A DNA stretch of 64,000 bases, taken from a virus. Its lineage: Duplodnaviria > Caudoviricetes. This document shows positions 1 through 8,129 of this stretch, in pieces. The notes under the pieces were generated by a model. It ran no database searches. It had not been told where the DNA came from and worked only from the letters and a program-made list of their open reading frames with translations. The stretch is from positions 1 to 64,000 of the IMG/VR virus record IMGVR_UViG_3300043391_000675. One strand, written 5' to 3'. Each line of letters begins with the position of its first letter. Positions within the stretch are counted from its first letter, which is position 1. A program made the translations under genes and the position numbers.

Positions 1-40
1 TTAGTTGCATACCATGTGATTAGTATAGCTAGTATTGTTA

Positions 41-286
41 TCATTTCTTGGCCTCCCCGCCTAGTAATTCATTTACTGGCTCTTTTGACCAGTGTATATA
101 AGATCTAATATAAACTGCTGCATATGCTATTGCTGAGGCTATAAATCCATATTGCTTTGTTATTAGGGCATATGCTATCCAAAGACATTCATTGAATAAT
201 AGAACAAACCATCCCCATATAGTCTTCTTACCTACAAAGTAGATACCTGTTACACCTATAATAGCTAATACCCATGACCACATCAT
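41..286 (-). CDS. Small membrane protein, PnuC-like (nicotinamide riboside transporter-like) family
   Basis: Three hydrophobic segments (WSWVLAIIGVTGIYFVG, WGWFVLLFNECLWIAYAL, YGFIASAIAYAAVY). Start moved to ATG at 286. Confidence 0.5.
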   Translation of the reverse strand: MMWSWVLAIIGVTGIYFVGKKTIWGWFVLLFNECLWIAYALITKQYGFIASAIAYAAVYIRSYIHWSKEPVNELLGGEAKK

Positions 287-546
287 TTTGGCTCCCCGCC
301 CTCTTTTTCCCAATATGGGATCCCGTTTTTATCACGATCATTCCACTCTTCACCGCTCATATCAATATCCTTAAGCATCTCTTCTATAACTAATTTAAGA
401 CGCATTGATCTGTCAGGATCAATATCGCTGTATGTTCGTCTAGGTAGCATATCATCATCCATAGCACCACAATTAGAGCATGTAACCTGACCATCAAGGT
501 CTAGTTGAAAGTCATGCCCATACTTAGTGCATATGCCATCGCTCAT
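283..546 (-). CDS. Hypothetical protein with Cys/His motifs
   Basis: ORF track; CxxxGH and CxxCG motifs; 4-nt overlap with the downstream gene. Confidence 0.6.
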   Translation of the reverse strand: MSDGICTKYGHDFQLDLDGQVTCSNCGAMDDDMLPRRTYSDIDPDRSMRLKLVIEEMLKDIDMSGEEWNDRDKNGIPYWEKEGGEPK

Positions 547-686
547 TTTAGATCCTTAGATACTAGATATTTGTCCATGAGCTGATCAAAGACTTCTTTG
601 CATTTCTCATTATTCCAGCCATTTTCCATGCCAGTAGTTGACACTGCTTCTCTTAATTTACGGCTATACCAGAATAGATCATTCAT
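543..686 (-). CDS. Hypothetical 47-aa protein, not in ORF track
   Basis: Manual translation MNDLFWYSRKLREAV...VSKDLK; fills the gap with coupled start/stop overlaps. Confidence 0.55.
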   Translation of the reverse strand: MNDLFWYSRKLREAVSTTGMENGWNNEKCKEVFDQLMDKYLVSKDLK

Positions 687-895
687 TAGTATCCCCCAAG
701 ACATTCGTTACGAGTATGATATAACCTGATCTTAGTCAATATCTTCTTAGTTGGAGCGTTTAATGGCTCTGAGCAGCATCCACATTTCATATCCCATTCA
801 CCGCTAAAGAAGTCGTATTTAGCTCCCTTAAAATTGGCATACTTGTGTGCCACAAATGTAGCAAATGGATCAGGTATTTCTAAGCTCTGTAACAT
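686..895 (-). CDS. Hypothetical protein, leaderless
   Basis: ORF track; TATAAT lies 6 nt upstream of the ATG. Confidence 0.65.
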   Translation of the reverse strand: MLQSLEIPDPFATFVAHKYANFKGAKYDFFSGEWDMKCGCCSEPLNAPTKKILTKIRLYHTRNECLGGY

Positions 896-901
896 ATATT
901 T

Positions 902-930
902 ATTATAGCATTTATGTCAGGTACTGACAA
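902..930 (-). promoter_or_regulatory. Sigma70-type promoter TTGTCA-17-TATAAT
   Basis: Minus strand: -35 at 925-930, -10 at 902-907, 17-bp spacer, ATG 6 nt downstream. Confidence 0.75.
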
Positions 931-933
931 GGG

Positions 934-958
934 GGTCTCTACTTTTCGACTTCACTTT
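934..958. repeat. 25-bp direct repeat, copy 1 (ggtctctacttttcgacttcacttt)
   Basis: Identical to 2042-2066; degenerate third copy near 4553-4572. Confidence 0.85.
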
Positions 959-1129
959 CGGTCAATATATATTAAATTAGATCCTTAATAAACTGTACTA
1001 ATTCATCACAATCACATCTATCTAATCCATGATGATTAGTCCATTCCTTCTCAAAGGAGGATCCATCATCATGTCGTTGTTGTACCTTTTGTGCTATTTC
1101 AATAATTATTTTATCTCTAGATGAAGGTA

Positions 1130-1297
1130 TTATGAACTTAATCCTTTAAATGAATGGCATTCGCATACGCCTACTACATCATATCTACATGTATCTACTT
1201 CTGCTAAATCATTATACTTAGCTGCTTTAGAGCAGTAGTGACATTTCTCTGGCTCTTCCGCCTCTAGATAGGCTTCAAGGTTATCTAGTATCCCCAT
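1130..1297 (-). CDS. Hypothetical 55-aa Cys-containing protein, not in ORF track
   Basis: Manual translation MGILDNLEAYLEAEEPEKCHYC...CECHSFKGLSS. Confidence 0.55.
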   Translation of the reverse strand: MGILDNLEAYLEAEEPEKCHYCSKAAKYNDLAEVDTCRYDVVGVCECHSFKGLSS

Positions 1298-1298
1298 A

Positions 1299-1997
1299 TT
1301 ACTTGTTCCTTGGTATGAGGCTCTGGGGTCCTTCTGTGCCGAATAGAGACTTCTTTACTGGTACACAGTTAGGTACTTTTCTTCCGCCCTTATCTTTCAT
1401 ACCAACCTGCTTGTATCCGCTCCAGCAAGCCTTCTCTAAATTATTCCAGTTATCTTCTTCTTCGTTGTCTGACTCATAAGACTTAGTTAAACACTCTGGG
1501 CACTCTTCGCAATCAAGATCTTCTTCTTCGCACTTATCGCAATCGCAATCCTCTTCATCCTCATAATCTTCATCATCTTCCATCTCAATTACCTTAGTAA
1601 ATGGATTGACTACATCTTCAAGGATATCTTTGATCTCTTCTACTATTTCGTTTAATTCTAAATTCTTTTTCATTGTTTTCTCCCCATTTACTATTTTACG
1701 AGACCAAGAAAATCCTGCATCTCCGCCCCAAGCTAACCACATAATTTTACCGTTTGATGGGCTCTCAGCGTTATCCCAATCCTTGCCTTGCTTGTCAACT
1801 TCGTGACGAGAGAAATAAGAGTACATGCGCTTAACTGTAGATAAACTAAGTGTTTCGCCCCTTGCTAGCTGTCCAGCTCTAGTCCACCCCACAGAAGTTC
1901 CTGCACCCTTTGCTTTGCCCTGCTCTTTTAGTTTAATAGCACGACGTGCAGCTGACTGCATACCTGAAGTTGGCTTATATCCTGTTTTTTCACTCAT
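1299..1997 (-). CDS. Phage protein: basic N-terminal domain, acidic Cys-rich linker, CWxGYxxxG...VPNCV motif
   Basis: The N-domain (LSLSTVKRMYSYFSRHE, WGGDAG) resembles a module I recall from phage head-associated proteins; leaderless TGGTATAAT promoter. Confidence 0.6.
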   Translation of the reverse strand: MSEKTGYKPTSGMQSAARRAIKLKEQGKAKGAGTSVGWTRAGQLARGETLSLSTVKRMYSYFSRHEVDKQGKDWDNAESPSNGKIMWLAWGGDAGFSWSRKIVNGEKTMKKNLELNEIVEEIKDILEDVVNPFTKVIEMEDDEDYEDEEDCDCDKCEEEDLDCEECPECLTKSYESDNEEEDNWNNLEKACWSGYKQVGMKDKGGRKVPNCVPVKKSLFGTEGPQSLIPRNK

Positions 1998-2041
1998 ACA
2001 GAAATTATACCATATTCATTATTAAGTTAAAAGGACAATCT

Positions 2042-2066
2042 GGTCTCTACTTTTCGACTTCACTTT
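2042..2066. repeat. 25-bp direct repeat, copy 2
   Basis: Identical to 934-958; overlaps the 3' end of the 2047-2850 CDS, upstream of the promoter at 2004-2012. Confidence 0.85.
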
Positions 2067-2850
2067 TTCTGCTTTTATATTCAGAAATAGCAGGTAGTAT
2101 ATTATCATATTCTTGACCTACAAAATCAGCTTCCTGAAATAACATTCCATAGATTCCTCGTTTTTCTGCATTGTCCAAGAACTCAAAGAACTCATCTTTT
2201 GTAAAAAAGTCTAAATCCATACATGCACCATCTGCTGGATGCCTACATTCATTGTTATTGTCGCATTCATATCTATGATGAGTCTGATCTTCAGTAATGA
2301 TTGGTGCTATTGATATAATAACCTTTTGGTCTTCAGTATCAAATCGGTTTGCCTTATACCAAACATAAGGTATTATCATTCCAAAGCCATTCTGAGCGCA
2401 GCTACTAAAAACCGTATTATTTGTTGTTGACACAACAAATTCATTCTTACTTACTTTTTTAAAATCTTTTGCGTACTCTAACATGTAGTTAGATCTATCT
2501 ATACTCGAAGAGCTATCGTTAGGCTTTGTAAGTATTCCTCCGTATGCTTCTTCATGTTTATTTATATACCCCGTTAAAAAGTTTATGCACAGAACATCTT
2601 TGGATATTTTAGATATAGATGAGCATATCATTGATAAATATTGAGCTGATATAGTGTAAGGTCTTATAGCAATAATGAACTTAAACTTGCTTTTGGGGTC
2701 AATTATTCTAGATATTCTGGTAAAGTAATCTCCCATTGTATTTCCAAATGGGTACATTACTCCATCAATCCCAGCCTTTTTTAATTCATTGACTCTGCGT
2801 TCAAGGGATTCGTTTGTCTGATCATCTCTTTCAAACCAATACGTCTTCAT
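2047..2850 (-). CDS. Luciferase-like (LLM) flavin-dependent monooxygenase-fold protein
   Basis: KFIIAIRPYTISAQYL and LCINFLTG match the LLM/SsuD-like pattern (LxAxRP...RlxxNxxxG). Confidence 0.65.
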   Translation of the reverse strand: MKTYWFERDDQTNESLERRVNELKKAGIDGVMYPFGNTMGDYFTRISRIIDPKSKFKFIIAIRPYTISAQYLSMICSSISKISKDVLCINFLTGYINKHEEAYGGILTKPNDSSSSIDRSNYMLEYAKDFKKVSKNEFVVSTTNNTVFSSCAQNGFGMIIPYVWYKANRFDTEDQKVIISIAPIITEDQTHHRYECDNNNECRHPADGACMDLDFFTKDEFFEFLDNAEKRGIYGMLFQEADFVGQEYDNILPAISEYKSRKSEVEK

Positions 2851-3224
2851 GTTAATTTAACCTTTAAATCATCACCTTTTGATACCTGCTCCAAGAATAT
2901 CTTAGCTGAGAATGCTAGCTCTTCATAGGTCATAGATGTGCGCCTGTGTTCTGGATCCTTTCCAAACAATTTCTTTAATAATTCTATAGGAGTGATCACT
3001 TTATCTTCTGGCAACCCACCGTGCTTGTAAAGCATTTTAAGTAGTGCGCCTGCAATAAATATATCATCCGTAAATGCTGCCCAGGGAAAAAGTATATCAA
3101 ACGGATCAATCGGTGAAGCTAGCCAAATAACACACAGTATGGAAATAAGCTTTATGTGTCTTGGCGACCTATCAAATTGCGCTCTATAGGGACCAAGTAG
3201 TACTTTTAGTTTTTTTATTCTCAA
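2847..3224 (-). CDS. DUF1232/YkvA-like membrane protein
   Basis: WLASPIDPFD...DDIFI signature. Confidence 0.65.
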   Translation of the reverse strand: MRIKKLKVLLGPYRAQFDRSPRHIKLISILCVIWLASPIDPFDILFPWAAFTDDIFIAGALLKMLYKHGGLPEDKVITPIELLKKLFGKDPEHRRTSMTYEELAFSAKIFLEQVSKGDDLKVKLT

Positions 3225-3802
3225 TTAGCATCTCTAAATCCATCATAATTTGGAAAAGGAATATCCTTGTCTCCATTTATAAACAATCTTACCTTACTTC
3301 CAATTTCTGGGTCTGACAACTCAACTTCTAAGTAGTTTTTTTTATCTTTAAAGAATTGATTTATCTTATCTAAATGATTACTTCTTATAACCAGTAACTC
3401 TTCCTCGGAAAGATCTTGAATCTTTCTTTTCTCAGTTTTTAAATAAAAATTACAGTAAGCTTCTTCAAAAATATATGGTTCATGCTCGTGCCCCATCATC
3501 TTATTCATTCTTTTCATTGATGCTATCCATTGTTCAGAAGGCCTTGTTATGTTAATAAACTTTGCATCTGGGAATTTGTCATACATTTTATCAAAAACTA
3601 AACATGTTGGTATATCTATATAGGCATCTGTTTCAGGAAGACTATTAAAGTGTTCTACTATTCCATCAGCATCTTCTGTAAATGATCCCAAATCCATCTT
3701 ATCAAATCGATAAAAGTGGGTTGCTGTATATCCTTGATATCTTATAAACTCAGTGAGAGATTGAGTTCCATTTCTGCCCAAGCTTACGCAAAATATTTTC
3801 AT
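3221..3802 (-). CDS. Sulfotransferase-like P-loop protein (Sulfotransfer_4 type)
   Basis: N-terminal SLGRNGTQSL, DxP, and FPDAKFINITR..W..S motifs. Confidence 0.7.
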   Translation of the reverse strand: MKIFCVSLGRNGTQSLTEFIRYQGYTATHFYRFDKMDLGSFTEDADGIVEHFNSLPETDAYIDIPTCLVFDKMYDKFPDAKFINITRPSEQWIASMKRMNKMMGHEHEPYIFEEAYCNFYLKTEKRKIQDLSEEELLVIRSNHLDKINQFFKDKKNYLEVELSDPEIGSKVRLFINGDKDIPFPNYDGFRDAN

Positions 3803-3940
3803 TTATCTATTGTACCATTTTTTGTCTGATTATCATGGTATTGCATATGAAAATCTAATAATTGATGAGTAGTTGCACAAAAACATATTGGGCAGTGGGT
3901 GATCCACTGGGATTTGTCCTCCCAATGTTTAGGCATTAAG

Positions 3941-4011
3941 CTCCAGGTGAAGGAATCGGACCTTCATTGTCGGTTTCGGAAACCGCTCTACGACCATTAT
4001 AGGAACCTGAA
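3941..4011 (-). tRNA. tRNA-Arg(CCG)
   Basis: 7-bp acceptor stem TTCAGGT/ACCTGGA, anticodon loop TT-CCG-AA, T-arm GAAGG-TCCGATT-CCTTC (atypical TCC); no encoded CCA. Confidence 0.8.
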
Positions 4012-4014
4012 ATT

Positions 4015-4284
4015 CTAATTGCTATCTGCCTTACTTAACCATTGATCTTCCCATAAACCAATAAGGGATTTATTGCCTATGTCATCAAAGTAGTAACGCT
4101 TTGCGTTACTATCATAGTTCCATCCATACCACATGTCACCTTCCATCCAGCTTGAGGATGCTATCTTCATTCCTTCTGGGTCATTAACAATTGTATCTAG
4201 ATGATCATATAGGTGAACTTCTTCAAAGATATATTCTCTTAGGCTTGTCCAGCTAAATATGCGTCTTGCTAACCATTCAATCAT
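4015..4284 (-). CDS. Hypothetical protein
   Basis: ORF track; Trp/Tyr-rich; in frame with operon flow. Confidence 0.65.
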   Translation of the reverse strand: MIEWLARRIFSWTSLREYIFEEVHLYDHLDTIVNDPEGMKIASSSWMEGDMWYGWNYDSNAKRYYFDDIGNKSLIGLWEDQWLSKADSN

Positions 4285-4381
4285 CTTTTGGATCCTTTTC
4301 CCATGTTAGTTTTCCATCTTTATAAACTGGCCAATATCCTAATGGACGCCAGTCCATCTTCATAATCTTAGGCTCTTTCAT
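4277..4381 (-). CDS. Hypothetical 34-aa protein, not in ORF track
   Basis: MKEPKIMKMDWRPLGYWPVYKDGKLTWEKDPKDD; ATGA overlap upstream and 8-nt overlap downstream. Confidence 0.5.
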   Translation of the reverse strand: MKEPKIMKMDWRPLGYWPVYKDGKLTWEKDPKDD

Positions 4382-4509
4382 GCTGCCAGCTGAATTGGAA
4401 TCATGGCTTCACATCTTTCACAATACTGATATGTTGATCCAGTATATGGGCATGTGCCTGCTGCTACAAGAGTGTGTCCTTTAATTTTACATATCATTTT
4501 ATTTATCAT
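4378..4509 (-). CDS. Hypothetical 43-aa Cys/His protein, not in ORF track
   Basis: MINKMICKIKGH...CPYTG...CERC; directly after a consensus promoter. Confidence 0.55.
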   Translation of the reverse strand: MINKMICKIKGHTLVAAGTCPYTGSTYQYCERCEAMIPIQLAA

Positions 4510-4517
4510 TATAGTTC

Positions 4518-4546
4518 ATTATATAATATACGACAGGTACTGTCAA
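4518..4546 (-). promoter_or_regulatory. Consensus promoter TTGACA-17-TATAAT
   Basis: -35 at 4541-4546, -10 at 4518-4523. Confidence 0.85.
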
Positions 4547-4586
4547 TAGCCTTCTATTTTCCGCCGCACTTTTTTCGCTAAATTAG

Positions 4587-4772
4587 TTACAATATAGTAG
4601 AATCATCAGTATATTTTATAACTGGATCTAATCTATCCCAATGTCCATTTTCGCTACCCTGATAAACCTGTCCAGTTTCTCTGTCTACAAGTAGCCACTT
4701 TTCTGGAGACTTTGTTTTAACCTGAAGTAAAACTGAGTTAGCTAAAACCTTAAAGCTAAATATGTTTCTCAA
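4587..4772 (-). CDS. Hypothetical protein
   Basis: ORF track. Confidence 0.6.
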   Translation of the reverse strand: MRNIFSFKVLANSVLLQVKTKSPEKWLLVDRETGQVYQGSENGHWDRLDPVIKYTDDSTIL

Positions 4773-4774
4773 TT

Positions 4775-5071
4775 TTACCCCTTAATTGCTAGTACGCTTT
4801 TTGTATTCAAAAGCAAATACTTTTCTCCGTCTTCATCTTCAATATCAGTTCCACTGTTTTGATTATAGTATACACTATCTCCAATGGCCAATCCATTAAT
4901 TGGTATAAGCTCACCCTTATAGTTGTGTTCACCATTTCCAAGATCAAGTATCTTGCCAGTTCTAAGATTAGATTCACTTAATGAGGCCATTAAAACTATA
5001 CCAGATGATGTAGTTCTGTCTTCAACTTTATCTTCTTTTACCAACAGAAGATTACCAAAAGGCTTAATCAT
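4775..5071 (-). CDS. groES: Co-chaperonin GroES (Cpn10)
   Basis: IKPFGNLLLVK...TSSGIVL...G.ILDLGNG...IGDSVYY pattern; 98 aa. Confidence 0.9.
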   Translation of the reverse strand: MIKPFGNLLLVKEDKVEDRTTSSGIVLMASLSESNLRTGKILDLGNGEHNYKGELIPINGLAIGDSVYYNQNSGTDIEDEDGEKYLLLNTKSVLAIKG

Positions 5072-5077
5072 TTGTTA

Positions 5078-5239
5078 TTACTCCTCAAAAGATTCTTGTG
5101 TTTCCCAAAAGCTATCCTTTTTAAACTGCTCTTGTATTCTTTTTGCATCTAAAATTACAGAAATTTCTCTATAAAGTTTTATTCCCATGTAAGCACACAC
5201 TGCAAATATAGCTGCAGCAAATATAATAAAGTTATTCAT
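5078..5239 (-). CDS. Small single-pass membrane protein
   Basis: Start moved to the leaderless ATG 6 nt after TGTATAAT; N-terminal hydrophobic helix. Confidence 0.6.
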   Translation of the reverse strand: MNNFIIFAAAIFAVCAYMGIKLYREISVILDAKRIQEQFKKDSFWETQESFEE

Positions 5240-5246
5240 ATCTATA

Positions 5247-5879
5247 TTATACAGTATCTGTGCCAATCGTGTCAATAGATCCTTTATTTATTTCAGGGAA
5301 TATGTCTATTAATAAATGAACTCTATCAATATCACTATCATTTAAAACGGAATGTGGTTTTTGATTGTTTATCTCCCAGCATTCCCCCTCCTTCATATTA
5401 ATAGTTTCTCCATTAACTGTATAAGATACAAGTTCGTTGGTTATTATTGGTATGTGAAATCTTCTGACTGCAGACAGATATTCGCCTTTGTCGGTATGCT
5501 CAGATACATCTCTGTTTGCCAAAAGCCTGATTAGCAAAACCCTGCCAGACACTCCATTACACATTAATTCTAAATCATTTACAATTTTTGAAACAACATC
5601 TAGCATGGCAGGATCTTTAACTTCTGAGATAATTTTATCTCCGAAATTCCAATCAAAGCTGTGGTATTGGATTACAAATGTGTTTGTGTATAGATGAGGA
5701 TTTCTTCTTTCTGAGTACTTACGATTTTGTCTAAAGTCATAGATATTCCATTCATCATTAATTTTCTTTACACTATTTAAAATATCAGACACATCATATT
5801 TTTTATAGAATTTAAAATTAAAATCATCTGGCTTTACTGATAGAGACTCCTTATCTTTAAAGTAGCTCAATTGTTTCAT
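5247..5879 (-). CDS. Aspartyl/asparaginyl beta-hydroxylase family 2OG-Fe(II) oxygenase
   Basis: HTD...RFHIPIITN...GECWEINN..PHSVLN..DRVHLLID. Confidence 0.85.
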   Translation of the reverse strand: MKQLSYFKDKESLSVKPDDFNFKFYKKYDVSDILNSVKKINDEWNIYDFRQNRKYSERRNPHLYTNTFVIQYHSFDWNFGDKIISEVKDPAMLDVVSKIVNDLELMCNGVSGRVLLIRLLANRDVSEHTDKGEYLSAVRRFHIPIITNELVSYTVNGETINMKEGECWEINNQKPHSVLNDSDIDRVHLLIDIFPEINKGSIDTIGTDTV

Positions 5880-6699
5880 TATCCTTTACATAGTTGTATA
5901 TAAAATAATCAATATCGTTATTTTTTAATATTAAATCTATCTCTGATTGTGATAAAAGGGAAATTAGGTAGTCTGTTGTGACACCTTCTTCATTCCCATA
6001 GTTAAAAACTCCAGCATTAACAATTTTATCTTTCTTAAACTCTATGTCTACGTTGTAATTAGTATTAAACCAATTGTTAATATTTGTTTCAAACAAGTCT
6101 ATTCTGTCTAAAGAATTTACTATCTTAAAATCTTTTATTGCCTCTAATGCATTTTCCTTTGAGGTATTTGTATTGTCTATAAACCAACTAAACGCCTCTC
6201 CCCTTTTTAAAAATGGGCTCATTAACTCTTCATAATGATTTGTATAAAAATCTAATGGGCTAAAGGCTCTAGAATCTGCTGAGTTGCATATAAACCTAGA
6301 CTGATAATTATTATGTAACTCAAAATTAGGGTCTTCAAACAAATAGTATCTTAGTTTATCTAAGGGAGATTCTCTTTCTAAATATTCTTTTCTGCTAAAA
6401 AGAGCACGGTTGTGTAGAAAGTTAAAATAGCTAACCCTGGCCTCAACTGGGTTTCTTATTATTGTAGCAACATCAATATCTGGAACAACATCAATAGGAT
6501 ATCTCCCAGCATGCATAGCAGTGTAAACCTTTTTGGCAAAGTTGTTGTTATTTGGATGATGGGTGCTTATATAATAAGATATATCATTAGCGTCTAATGA
6601 TCTTTTAATATTCTCAGAAACATACTTGCCAGCAGTTTTTGGTATGTGCAAAAAGTATAGTTGCTTTAGTTCGACTTGTTTATTATCATTTCGTTCCAC
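5857..6699 (-). CDS. Sulfotransferase family 2 protein
   Basis: YFLHIPKTAG (5'-PSB) and IIRNPVEARVSYF (3'-PB) motifs. Confidence 0.8.
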   Translation of the reverse strand: MERNDNKQVELKQLYFLHIPKTAGKYVSENIKRSLDANDISYYISTHHPNNNNFAKKVYTAMHAGRYPIDVVPDIDVATIIRNPVEARVSYFNFLHNRALFSRKEYLERESPLDKLRYYLFEDPNFELHNNYQSRFICNSADSRAFSPLDFYTNHYEELMSPFLKRGEAFSWFIDNTNTSKENALEAIKDFKIVNSLDRIDLFETNINNWFNTNYNVDIEFKKDKIVNAGVFNYGNEEGVTTDYLISLLSQSEIDLILKNNDIDYFIYNYVKDNETIELL

Positions 6700-7505
6700 T
6701 TGTTAAGGCTCCTTCCTTGATTTAAAGAGCCTTCCTTGTGTCTTTCACGCAAAATTTCTTTCCAGTCTTCTTCTGTATTTTGATTTTTTTCAGCATGCCA
6801 TGCTTCAGAGCCTGGATACTGATATCTCCAGTAAGCTCTAATAAGCGCCTTAGATCCATTTTTAGCTATCATTGGGCTGTGGTAAAAAGGATGTCCAGAT
6901 GGGAAAATGATTAGATCCCCAGCTCCTGGTTTATAAAAAATATGATTTATTAGTGTTTCTTTATCATCACTTAATTCAATTAAATTTATTCCGCCTTCAT
7001 CATAATCATCATTGAGGTAGAACAAGCATGTAGTTCCAAACTTTAGTCCAGGATCTTCTCTTCTTTCTTCTTGGAAATCAGTATGGTAGTTCATACCTTG
7101 AGCTTCATTAACTCCCATTCCATCTTTATAGTAAGCTATATCGACTGAATCCCAACACCAGTTATCATAATTTACCTTTACAGATCCAAAGTAGTGCTCT
7201 GAAGATTCGTGAAAAACCTTAAATAAATCTTTAACATATTGATTGTTTGAAACTTTATCCTCTTTATCAGAAAAATTTTCATCTGTAAATGATTGCCACT
7301 CATCCTTGTTAGGAAATGACTCAAAGCATTTACCAGATGTTGGAATTAGGATATGAAATCCGAACTCATACCAAGGTATGGATCTATCTTCATGGTTAGT
7401 TAAATAGTAATTTAGCATTTCTTTTGAGTTTTTTAAAACATTCTTAAAAACCCAAACTTTATCGTGAAGCTTTAATACTTCAACCTCATTGCCATTGATT
7501 ATCAA
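6666..7505 (-). CDS. Prolyl 4-hydroxylase-like 2OG-Fe(II) oxygenase
   Basis: HTD...YLNDDYDEGG...KPGAGDLIIFPS...YH...K; TTG start. Confidence 0.85.
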   Translation of the reverse strand: MIINGNEVEVLKLHDKVWVFKNVLKNSKEMLNYYLTNHEDRSIPWYEFGFHILIPTSGKCFESFPNKDEWQSFTDENFSDKEDKVSNNQYVKDLFKVFHESSEHYFGSVKVNYDNWCWDSVDIAYYKDGMGVNEAQGMNYHTDFQEERREDPGLKFGTTCLFYLNDDYDEGGINLIELSDDKETLINHIFYKPGAGDLIIFPSGHPFYHSPMIAKNGSKALIRAYWRYQYPGSEAWHAEKNQNTEEDWKEILRERHKEGSLNQGRSLNKWNEMIINKSN

Positions 7506-7543
7506 TTTAAAATACCCAACCTTTATGTAACGTTAATGTTTTA

Positions 7544-7690
7544 TTAAACGTTAGTCTTCCTAGGATGTTTTGGAGTATAGTCTCCAATAATAGCTTTTAT
7601 CCTGCCATCTTTTCTTAATCTTACAATTTTTCCTTCTCGAATAATTGTATCGTTAAAGGGCACTTGCCTACCAAATTTTTTTGGAGGCAC
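7544..7690 (-). CDS. Basic 48-aa protein, not in ORF track
   Basis: GTG start; MPPKKFGRQVPFNDTIIREGKIVRLRKDGRIKAII... Confidence 0.55.
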   Translation of the reverse strand: MPPKKFGRQVPFNDTIIREGKIVRLRKDGRIKAIIGDYTPKHPRKTNV

Positions 7691-7872
7691 TATACTTTTT
7701 TTCTTCCAGTTTTTCTAGGTGCTTGAGGAACAGCTGGTGTTTCTCTTCTAATGCCGTGCTTGTTAACATCAATCTTCATTGGTGGTCTTTTTTCATGGAC
7801 ACCTGATTTAAATTTACCCTGAGAAGGATTTTTTTTAGGCGTATCGTTAGAGTTTACAACGTTTTCTGACAC
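7690..7872 (-). CDS. Small basic protein
   Basis: ORF track; Lys/Arg-rich. Confidence 0.6.
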   Translation of the reverse strand: MSENVVNSNDTPKKNPSQGKFKSGVHEKRPPMKIDVNKHGIRRETPAVPQAPRKTGRKKV

Positions 7873-7979
7873 TATGCACCCTTTATTTGTGATATAGTTA
7901 CAACATTATTACTGGCTGGCGATGAAGATGATTCATTTTGAATTTGCTCATCTTTTCCGCATCCGCAATCTTTACACAT
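7872..7979 (-). CDS. 35-aa MCxxCGC micro-protein, not in ORF track
   Basis: MCKDCGCGKDEQIQNESSSSPASNNVVTISQIKGA; TAATG overlap with the upstream gene. Confidence 0.65.
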   Translation of the reverse strand: MCKDCGCGKDEQIQNESSSSPASNNVVTISQIKGA

Positions 7980-8128
7980 TATTCGTTGATAAACCTTTCT
8001 CTTTGTTCTGGAGTTGAGGTCATGCTTAGAGTAACTCCAGAGTTTCCCTGAGATGTTTTGTCTATGATTGAAACTGGAACTATGCCAGTCTCACTGCCAA
8101 CACTTTGGCATCCACACTCAACGCACAT
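7979..8128 (-). CDS. 49-aa MCxxCGC micro-protein
   Basis: MCVECGCQSVGSETG...; start moved from 8197 to 8128, just after the stop of the upstream ORF. Confidence 0.65.
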   Translation of the reverse strand: MCVECGCQSVGSETGIVPVSIIDKTSQGNSGVTLSMTSTPEQRERFINE

Positions 8129-8129
8129 A

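Noticed and set aside
1-44. Partial ORF running off the left edge (MITILAILITWYAT...)
   Set aside because: It is probably a real membrane-protein start, but too little is visible to call.
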